Assembly (NCBI RefSeq): GCF_000009705.1
Contig: NC_003272.1
Span: forward strand, 2,910,001-2,942,000
DNA length: 32,000 nucleotides
Source of the DNA: Nostoc sp. PCC 7120 = FACHB-418
Lineage (GTDB): Bacteria; Cyanobacteriota; Cyanobacteriia; Cyanobacteriales; Nostocaceae
Reading direction: 5' to 3'
The position numbers were made by a program, and so were the translations under genes. Every line of letters begins with the position of its first letter. Within the stretch, counting starts at the first letter, position 1. Positions 1-7,394 of this stretch are shown here, piece after piece. The notes under the pieces were generated by a model, which ran no database searches, had not been told where the DNA came from, and saw nothing but the letters and a program-made list of their open reading frames with translations.

Positions 1-310
1 GTAAAGGTGTGAGTATTCGAGTTTGTTCTTCATTAGTTTGATGGTCTTCGGCAATCTCTAGTAATGTAGCCGCAGTAGTCGGCCCCAATAAATCAGGGGA
101 ATCTAGCCAAACGCTCTCTTTAAATTCTGCAAATGCTTTTTGGGTGAGATTACCAGCAATGCCGTCAACACTACCTTTATAAAGTCCCTTCTTATTCAGT
201 AGGGTTTGAATTTCTTTGATAATATCAGTATCAGCTTCGCTAATCTTAACAGTACTATTACTGGCTTGAAATTTCTCTAAGCTAGAAAATTCTACGGTAG
301 ATTCTGCCAT
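1..310 (-). CDS. Peptidoglycan-binding (PG_binding_1-like) domain protein, N-terminal part; the gene continues past the window start
   Basis: Absent from the ORF track because it runs off the window. My reverse-complement translation from the ATG (complement of 308-310) gives MAESTVEFSSLEKFQASNSTVKISEADTDIIKEIQTLLNKKGLYKGSVDGIAGNLTQKAFAEFKESVWLDSPDLLGPTTAATLLEIAEDH... with no stop down to position 1. The IQxLLxxxGxYxGxVDGIxGxxTxxAxxxF pattern is typical of the PG-binding helical domain. Confidence 0.6.
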   Translation of the reverse strand, partial: MAESTVEFSSLEKFQASNSTVKISEADTDIIKEIQTLLNKKGLYKGSVDGIAGNLTQKAFAEFKESVWLDSPDLLGPTTAATLLEIAEDHQTNEEQTRILTPL

Positions 311-871
311 GAATACATCTCCTTGGGTAATGAATCGAAGTATTACTGCTTCAGAGTTTTTCTCTTGCTGTTTAATGTGGTGATAAAGAACTACAATTCC
401 CTCGGTCAAATTTCCAATAAGACAAGATTACTCATTGGAAAAAGTCATACAAAGCCATGTAGGCGGGTATAGCTGCGCTTAGGGTAGTAGTAGGAGTTGA
501 GCAGCGTATTGAATAAATAAGCCTTAGTCCCTTTATATACTAGTAGTTTTGACTAGTCATCTAGTATAACTCTGTAAAATAAAATCGCAAATAATTAGTA
601 AAAATGATACCAGGTTTAATTATTTTATTGATATATGAATGAACATCAGAACTTAGGAAAATAACTGATTTTCCAGGCATCTGTCACCTTATTTCTACAA
701 ATGGGTATTATCTAATTCAGTTATATTTAGAATAATGATATTGTGATAAATAGTACATTAGTAGCTAAAACACATAATTATTTCCTGATTTTGTATTAAA
801 ATTTATTAATAGAAATTGTCGATATCAACTCAAAAGCTGTGACTAGTACACACGTCATCAAGGACATCTGC

Positions 872-1360
872 ATGAAAAGAATTATCTGGTATCCCCTGAT
901 GAGTGCTTTACTAATAGGAGTACATGGACAAGGAATGTCTCCAGCAAGTGCAGGGAACACTCAAAGTACTGCCAAGCAAATTCACAAGGAACTAGTTCAA
1001 CCACAATTGCTAGCTAGACTTCATAAAACTAATACTGTCAATGTCAGTCAGACTGCTAAAGAAATTGATGAAAAAACAGCTCGTAGCTTAGTCTGGAATC
1101 TTCCACAGGTACAACGCAAAGCTAGAACAATTCAGAGACTATCAAGAGGTGCTATCAAGGTAGATGCGATCGTTGATGGTTTACCTACCCCTGATGATCC
1201 TCACTACAAAGTTCGCATCTATGAAGACCAGCCAGACCATAATACAACCATTTATTGGTTTCGTGTGTCTAAAACTGGTGTAATAGAAGCTCTAGATGTT
1301 ATAGAAAATCAGTATATCTCTTTAGAAGCATGGACAGAGCAATTAAGACGAAGACGCTAA
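872..1360 (+). CDS. Hypothetical secreted/periplasmic protein with an N-terminal signal-peptide-like segment
   Basis: ORF track 839..1360 opens with GTG. The first ATG at 872 gives MKRIIWYPLMSALLIGVHGQG..., a basic N-terminus plus hydrophobic core like a signal peptide. I do not recognise a family. Confidence 0.5.
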   Translation: MKRIIWYPLMSALLIGVHGQGMSPASAGNTQSTAKQIHKELVQPQLLARLHKTNTVNVSQTAKEIDEKTARSLVWNLPQVQRKARTIQRLSRGAIKVDAIVDGLPTPDDPHYKVRIYEDQPDHNTTIYWFRVSKTGVIEALDVIENQYISLEAWTEQLRRRR

Positions 1361-1398
1361 TATTAATTGAAAATTCAAACTAGAACAAAATATAACTT

Positions 1399-1635
1399 AT
1401 GTCTGAGCAAAAAACCCTCAATCCCTGGAATTATAAACCTTGGTGGTGTCAACCTTGGTCAATTTTACTCACAGGTTTAAGTTTAATTGGTGGTAGCTGG
1501 TTACTGTTAAAAATTATCTGGGTAACTGTAATTGTTGCTATCCCTGTATTAGTTTGGATGGGATTTTTTTTGTTGATTTGGCCGCCACTAATGATTCGCA
1601 GTGGAGTTTTAGAATCTGATGAGTTGGATTCTTAA
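1399..1635 (+). CDS. Small membrane protein, 78 aa, two predicted transmembrane helices, conserved-cyanobacterial look
   Basis: ORF track. NPWNYKPWWCQPWSILLTGLSLIGGSWLLL and VIVAIPVLVWMGFFLLIWPPL are two hydrophobic helices. It lies 38 nt downstream of the preceding ORF on the same strand. Confidence 0.55.
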   Translation: MSEQKTLNPWNYKPWWCQPWSILLTGLSLIGGSWLLLKIIWVTVIVAIPVLVWMGFFLLIWPPLMIRSGVLESDELDS

Positions 1636-1826
1636 TACAACAGTATTGCCAAATCGACTTTTTGCGATTTGCTACTGAATAATTTATTCCTAAAGATTGA
1701 TAAATATTTATATTAGTTAATTAAACTTAATCTTTATAAGAGTTATGAACTAAGATAGTTTTAAGTACAAGAATTTTATTAATTTGGGTTTAAAGGATTT
1801 CCAAGTAAAAAAATATTTTATTGGGA

Positions 1827-1878
1827 TTGTTGACCGTTGACGGTTCACAGTTCACAGTTAACAGTCAACGGTCAACAA
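1827..1878. repeat. Perfect 15-bp inverted repeat (TTGTTGACCGTTGAC ... GTCAACGGTCAACAA, 22-nt loop) built from about seven GTTGACC/GTTCACA/GTCAACG heptamers (STRR3-like)
   Basis: Read directly: 1827-1841 is the exact reverse complement of 1864-1878. The whole block has 7-nt periodicity. Confidence 0.9.
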
Positions 1879-1980
1879 CTTTCAACGGAATAATTTCTTT
1901 TTTGGAGTTCCCTAATCCAGAAGATTTCTTTCCTAATCTATTAAGTCTATTCAATAATTAACGTTAGTAAACTTAATAAT

Positions 1981-4900
1981 ATGAAAATTTTAATTGTCGA
2001 GGATGACGAGTTAAATGCTTATGCGCTGACAGCCGTTCTCACGAATCAGAATTATGCAGTTGAAGTGGGATCTGATGGTATTACCGCTTGGGAATTAATC
2101 CAAACTTACGATTATGATTTGATTCTTTTGGATGTGATGCTACCCAGATTGGATGGGATTAGCCTTTGTCGGCAAATACGCTCAAGTGGTCGGCAGATGC
2201 CAATTTTATTATTAACTGGTTGTGATAGTAGTCATGAGAAGGCGATTGGGTTAGATGCAGGCGCAGATGATTATGTAGTTAAACCGTTTGATGAAGAAGA
2301 ATTAGTGGCGCGTGTGCGGGCTTTGTTGCGTCGGGGTGTTACAACGGCACAGCCAATTCTAGAATGGGGCAATTTGCAGCTTGACCCCAGTAGTTGTGAA
2401 GTCAGATACAATCAAAATTTACTATCACTAACTCCCAAGGAATATGCACTTTTGGAGTTATTTTTGCGTCACAGCCGCCGAGTGTTTAGCTGTAGCATGA
2501 TTTTAGAACATATATGGTCTTATGAAGACACTCCAGGGGAAGAAGCGGTACGCACCCATATAAAGGGCTTGCGGATGAAGTTGCGTAACGCGGGAGCGCC
2601 TGGTGATTTAGTAGAAACAGTCTATGGAATTGGTTATCGCCTCAAAGCACAGGAAGAAGAACAAGGAAGCAAGGAGGAGGTAAAACAGCCTACTTCAAAA
2701 GGCAAATCTCAGCAGCAAACACTAACTGCAATAGCTGGTATTTGGCAAAAGTTTTACGTGCGGGTAGATGAGCAAGTTAAGGTATTGGAACAAGCGGCGA
2801 TGACTTTTGAGCGATCGCAAATGATCACGCTTACCCAAGAAGCTTTAAACTCAGAATTATACTCACAGGCAATACGAGAAGCCCACACATTAGCCGGCTC
2901 ACTGGGGACTTTTGGTTTACCTGAAGGGTCGAAGTTAGCCAGGAAAATTGAGCAACTATTGAAATCTGGTAAGAGATTAACGCCAACTGAGATTCAGAGT
3001 TTGCAAAATTGGGTCAAGTTATTAAGGCAAGAGGTTGCAGCACATGAACCGCAAGCAGCATCACCAGAAACAACTTCAGCAGCTATTCTCCAGCCACAAC
3101 CTCCTCAAGCAGAAGCAAAAGTCTTAGCAGTAGACGACGACCCGCAAATTCTTGCCATACTGCAAACATTACTTCATCCTTGGGGATTACAAGTAATTAC
3201 CTTAGATGATCCGCGTCAATTCTGGGAAACCTTAAGAGATGTGAATCCAGACCTGTTAATTCTAGATGTAGAGATGCCTTATACCAATGGTATAGAACTC
3301 TGCCAGGTGGTGAGAAATGACCCCCAATGGAGTGAATTGCCCATACTCTTCCTGACGGTTCACAAAGATGGGGAAATTGTCAATCAGGTATTTAGTGTTG
3401 GTGCTGACGACTTTGTTAGCAAACCCATTGTCGGGCCTGAACTAGTAACGCGAATTATCAATCGGTTAGAACGGGTGAAATTACTACGTAGGGTGAGTGA
3501 GAGTAGGGGTGTAGGGGAAAAAATTTCTCCTCCATCCCCTAGCTTCACAGATTGGCGCACTATTTTCAACGCTGAACCAGAATGCGTGATGATAGTGGCT
3601 ACTGATGGTACTTTATTGGATATCAATCCAGCCGGTGTGGCAGCGATAGAAGCAGATAGTGTTGGCGCAGTGATTGGTAAGCGGGTGTATTCGTTGGTAG
3701 TTCCTGAATGTCAGCAGGCGTTTCGCCAGCTCAATGAAAGCGTTTGTCAAGGAAAACAGGGAACACTGGAATTTGAAATTATCACTTGTCGTGGTAATCG
3801 TCGTTGGATGGCGACTCACGCTGTACCTGTGCGAAATGAAAAAGATGGTAATTTGGTGCAGTTGTCAATTACAAGGGATGTCACCCAATACAAACAAGCA
3901 GAACTGGAAATTAAACGCATTAATCGCACCTTGCAAACTTTAAGTGATTGCAATCAATTAGTAATACGTACTCAAGATGAGAGTGAGTTATTGCAAAAAG
4001 TTTGCCAAATTTTAGTGGATGTTGGTAACTATCGATTGGCTTGGGTGGCTTTTGCAGAAAATGATGCTGAAAAAAGCATTCATCCGGTGGCTCAAGCTGG
4101 TTATGAAGAAGGATATCTGCAATCTCTCAATCTTACTTGGGCAGATACAGTCCGGGGTCAAGGGCCGACAGGAACGGCAATTCGCACCGGAAAAACTGCC
4201 ATTATTCAAAATATTTTGACTGATCCTAGATTTGAAATTTGGCGCTGTCAAGCTAATAATCGGGGTTACGCATCGTCCATTTCTTTACCTTTAATGAATA
4301 ATGGTCAAGCTTTTGGTGCCTTGAACATCTACGCTGCGGAAGCGAATGCTTTTGATAGTGATGAAGTGAAACTTTTAGAGGAACTGACAGCAGATGTGGC
4401 TTATGGCATAGTAGCATTACGCAATCGGCGCGATCGCCAAATAGCCGAAGCAGCACTACGAGAAAGTCAAGAACGTCTTTCCCTGACCCTAGAAGCAGTC
4501 AACTTAGGCATTTGGGACTGGAATATAACTACTAACCAAATTATCTGGTCTGAAGGCCACGCCCGATTATTTGGCATAGAATCAGGGAAATTTGATGGGA
4601 CTTATGAAGCCTTTCAAGCTTGTATCTATCCTGAAGATAGGGGAGGCTTGGCAGAGGTAATCAATTCTGCTCGCCAGCAAAAAACCGACTATAGTCATGA
4701 ATTTCGCATCATTTCGCCAGATGGTAATATTCATTGGATTGAAGGAACAGGCAAACTCTACTACAACGAAATGGGCGAAGCCGTGCGGATGTTGGGTATA
4801 GTCAGAGATATTACTTCCCGCAAGCAAATAGAAGCAACTCTGCAAAAAATCAATAACGAACTAGAGTTGAGAGTAGCAGAACGGACTGCTGAGTTAGTCA

Positions 4901-6864
4901 ACGTCAATCGACAATTGCAGTCAGAACTTGACGAACGCCAGCGTATAGAGGAAGCACTACGCATATCACAAGTGCGACTGGCACGCATTTTAGATATTGC
5001 TGATGATGCCATTATTTCTATTAACGGTAACCAACAAATCACTTTATTTAATCAAGGTGCAGAGAAAATTTTTGGCTACTCTGCCGAGGAAATTATCGGA
5101 CAGCGCCTGGATACACTTATACCCCAGCGTTTCACTCAGACGCATCGTCAGCACGTAGCTGATTTTGGGCAGGCTCCCAGCTTGGCGCGGCGCATGGGAG
5201 AACGGCGAGAGATATTTGGTTGTCGTCAAGATGGAACAGAATTCCCGGCTGAGGCTTCTATCTCCAAATTTCAACTAGATAAAGAAGTATTTTATACTGT
5301 AATTTTACGTGATGTTACAGAAAGAAAACAAATTGAACGGATGAAAGATGAGTTTGTTTCTGTTGTCAGTCATGAACTCCGCACCCCCTTAACTTCTATT
5401 CATGGTTCCTTAGGAATGCTAGCTAGTGGTTTATTATCAGCCGACTCAGAACAGGGAAAACGTTTGTTGGAAATTGCCACTGACAGTACAGAACGCCTAG
5501 TACGTTTGATTAACGACATATTAGATATAGAACGCATCGAATCAGGTAGGGTGAAAATGGAGCGAGAAAGTTGCGACCTGAGCGACTTGATTGAGTCCGC
5601 AGTTAGTATTATGCAGCCTTTAGCTAATAAAGCTGGAGTGAAATTATCTGTTTCCAGTCCATCAATTCAATTATGGGTTGATCCAGACCGGATTGTGCAG
5701 ACATTAACTAATCTGTTGAGTAATGCGATTAAATTCTCGACGGCGGAGAAAACAGTGTGGTTAGTAGCACAACACTACGGCGATGAACTATTGCTGACGG
5801 TGAAGGATAACGGACGCGGTATTCCCGCCGACAAACTTGATAGTATTTTCGAGCGATTTCAACAGGTAGATTCTTCCGATTCACGCAACCATGACGGTAC
5901 TGGTTTGGGTTTAGCTATTTGCCAAAGTATTATACAGCAGCATGGCGGACGCATCTGGGCAGAAAGTGTCTTGGGTGAAGGTAGTAATTTTTACTTTACT
6001 TTACCAATTTTACCCATATCCCAAAATTCAGAACTTCCCGACTCTCTCCCCCATCACCCCTTATCCCCAGAGGAGTCTCCACCTTCCCTAATCTCCAGTA
6101 CTCACTCCCCCCTAGTTTTAGTTTGTGACGATGATCCACTCATCCGCACAGAACTACAGTCACTATTAGAACAAGGGGGATATCGAGTATTCACAGTGGC
6201 TACTGGACAAGAAGCGATCGCCTCAGCATCAACTCAACATCCAGATGTGATTGTACTAGATTTGCTCATGCCGGGGATGAATGGTTGGGAAACAATGGCT
6301 ATGTTGAAGGAAAGTACAGAAACCAAACATATCCCGATTGTGATTTGCAGTGTCTACAAACCAACAAGCAATCACCAACCTAGCCGCGATTTTGTTGATT
6401 GGGTGAGTAAGCCAGTCCAAGAAAGCTATCTGTTACATTCTCTCAGACAAGCAATAGCCAAATCTTCCCACCGAGTCCGCATTCTTATTGTTGAAGATGA
6501 TGCAGATTTAGCTGAACTGTTTGTTACCCTGTTTGAAAGACATGATATTGAAACCTTCTCAGCCAAAACAGGACGGGAAGCCATCCACCTCAGTCAAGAA
6601 GTAAATCCTGACTTACTCATTCTTGATTTAATTTTGCCAGAAACCGACGGATTTGCTGTTGTAGATTGGCTACAGAAGCACCAGCGCCTATGTAATATCC
6701 CTGTAGTGGTTTACTCGGCTAAAGACTTGGATGAATCAGAACGTAAACGCCTCAAGCTAGGACATACAGAATTTTTAACCAAAGGCCGTGTCACAACCAA
6801 AGAGTTTGAACAACGGGTAATCGAACTACTTCAGCGAATTACACCGACTAATGTTAGGGATTAG
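1981..6864 (+). CDS. Cytoplasmic hybrid sensor histidine kinase / response regulator. Domain order: REC - OmpR-type winged helix - HPt - REC - PAS - GAF - PAS - PAS - HisKA/HATPase - REC - REC
   Basis: A 1627-aa ORF. Receiver motifs are LILLDVMLPRLDG, LLILDVEMPYTNG, VIVLDLLMPGMNG (Asp codon 6259-6261) and LLILDLILPETDG (Asp codon 6625-6627). The Trans_reg_C-like end is TVYGIGYRL. The HPt-like motif is EAHTLAGSLGTFGL (His codon 2884-2886). The H-box is SHELRTPL (His codon 5371-5373), and the G-boxes are DNGRGIP and GTGLGLAI. No hydrophobic transmembrane segment is seen. Confidence 0.85.
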   Translation: MKILIVEDDELNAYALTAVLTNQNYAVEVGSDGITAWELIQTYDYDLILLDVMLPRLDGISLCRQIRSSGRQMPILLLTGCDSSHEKAIGLDAGADDYVVKPFDEEELVARVRALLRRGVTTAQPILEWGNLQLDPSSCEVRYNQNLLSLTPKEYALLELFLRHSRRVFSCSMILEHIWSYEDTPGEEAVRTHIKGLRMKLRNAGAPGDLVETVYGIGYRLKAQEEEQGSKEEVKQPTSKGKSQQQTLTAIAGIWQKFYVRVDEQVKVLEQAAMTFERSQMITLTQEALNSELYSQAIREAHTLAGSLGTFGLPEGSKLARKIEQLLKSGKRLTPTEIQSLQNWVKLLRQEVAAHEPQAASPETTSAAILQPQPPQAEAKVLAVDDDPQILAILQTLLHPWGLQVITLDDPRQFWETLRDVNPDLLILDVEMPYTNGIELCQVVRNDPQWSELPILFLTVHKDGEIVNQVFSVGADDFVSKPIVGPELVTRIINRLERVKLLRRVSESRGVGEKISPPSPSFTDWRTIFNAEPECVMIVATDGTLLDINPAGVAAIEADSVGAVIGKRVYSLVVPECQQAFRQLNESVCQGKQGTLEFEIITCRGNRRWMATHAVPVRNEKDGNLVQLSITRDVTQYKQAELEIKRINRTLQTLSDCNQLVIRTQDESELLQKVCQILVDVGNYRLAWVAFAENDAEKSIHPVAQAGYEEGYLQSLNLTWADTVRGQGPTGTAIRTGKTAIIQNILTDPRFEIWRCQANNRGYASSISLPLMNNGQAFGALNIYAAEANAFDSDEVKLLEELTADVAYGIVALRNRRDRQIAEAALRESQERLSLTLEAVNLGIWDWNITTNQIIWSEGHARLFGIESGKFDGTYEAFQACIYPEDRGGLAEVINSARQQKTDYSHEFRIISPDGNIHWIEGTGKLYYNEMGEAVRMLGIVRDITSRKQIEATLQKINNELELRVAERTAELVNVNRQLQSELDERQRIEEALRISQVRLARILDIADDAIISINGNQQITLFNQGAEKIFGYSAEEIIGQRLDTLIPQRFTQTHRQHVADFGQAPSLARRMGERREIFGCRQDGTEFPAEASISKFQLDKEVFYTVILRDVTERKQIERMKDEFVSVVSHELRTPLTSIHGSLGMLASGLLSADSEQGKRLLEIATDSTERLVRLINDILDIERIESGRVKMERESCDLSDLIESAVSIMQPLANKAGVKLSVSSPSIQLWVDPDRIVQTLTNLLSNAIKFSTAEKTVWLVAQHYGDELLLTVKDNGRGIPADKLDSIFERFQQVDSSDSRNHDGTGLGLAICQSIIQQHGGRIWAESVLGEGSNFYFTLPILPISQNSELPDSLPHHPLSPEESPPSLISSTHSPLVLVCDDDPLIRTELQSLLEQGGYRVFTVATGQEAIASASTQHPDVIVLDLLMPGMNGWETMAMLKESTETKHIPIVICSVYKPTSNHQPSRDFVDWVSKPVQESYLLHSLRQAIAKSSHRVRILIVEDDADLAELFVTLFERHDIETFSAKTGREAIHLSQEVNPDLLILDLILPETDGFAVVDWLQKHQRLCNIPVVVYSAKDLDESERKRLKLGHTEFLTKGRVTTKEFEQRVIELLQRITPTNVRD

Positions 6865-6912
6865 GGATTAGGGATTGGGGATTGGGGACTGGGGATTGGG
6901 GATTGGGGATGA
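6857..6912. repeat. STRR1-type heptamer array, about 8 units (GGGATTA x2, GGGATTG x2, GGGACTG, GGGATTG x2, ...)
   Basis: Read directly. The kinase stop codon TAG (6862-6864) lies inside the first and second units. Confidence 0.9.
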
Positions 6913-6922
6913 AGGGGAAATC

Positions 6923-6970
6923 ACTAATGACTAATGACTAATGACTAATGACTAATAACTAATAACTAAC
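6923..6970. repeat. Heptamer array ACTAATG x4, ACTAATA x2, ACTAAC
   Basis: Read directly. It ends 6 nt before the ATG of the CheY-like gene. Confidence 0.9.
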
Positions 6971-6976
6971 TTAACT

Positions 6977-7360
6977 ATGAACAACAAACGAATTTTAGTT
7001 GTCGATAACGAGCAGTATATTCAAGAAGTTGCCAAAATTTGCTTGGAAACAGTTGCGGGTTGGGAAGTTGTCACAGCCAGTTCAGGACAAGAAGGCATAA
7101 ATAAAGCCGAGACTTACCAACCAGATGCAATTTTACTAGATGTGATGATGCCGGACATGGATGGAATCGCTACATTTGAGAAACTGCAAGCCAATTCCGT
7201 CACCAAAGAAATACCAGTAATCTTATTAACCGCCAAAATCCAAGCCTCTGACCGTCGCCGTTACTCCCAATTGGGAATGGTGAGTGCGATCGCTAAACCC
7301 TTCAATCCGCTAGAATTAGCTGGTCAAGTAGCTACTGCCCTTGGTTGGAATTTAGCCTAA
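6977..7360 (+). CDS. Single-domain CheY-like response regulator (127 aa)
   Basis: ORF track. ILVVDNE ... AILLDVMMPDMDG ... LLTAK ... AIAKPF are canonical receiver motifs, and there is no output domain. Confidence 0.85.
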   Translation: MNNKRILVVDNEQYIQEVAKICLETVAGWEVVTASSGQEGINKAETYQPDAILLDVMMPDMDGIATFEKLQANSVTKEIPVILLTAKIQASDRRRYSQLGMVSAIAKPFNPLELAGQVATALGWNLA

Positions 7361-7394
7361 AGTACTGATATCCAATTTTTACAATTACCCATTC

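Noticed and set aside
3384-5274. Nine short ORFs (66-93 aa) antisense or out of frame within the hybrid kinase gene
   Set aside because: All are embedded in a 1627-aa ORF with continuous recognisable domain motifs. Their sequences are low-complexity or odd in composition and have no recognisable motifs, so they are most likely chance ORFs.
6857-6970. Considered whether the dense short repeats (here and at 18786, 24573, 30553) could be CRISPR arrays
   Set aside because: The units are 7-8 nt and directly abutting, with no unique spacers and no cas genes. They match the known STRR heptamer class of heterocystous cyanobacteria.
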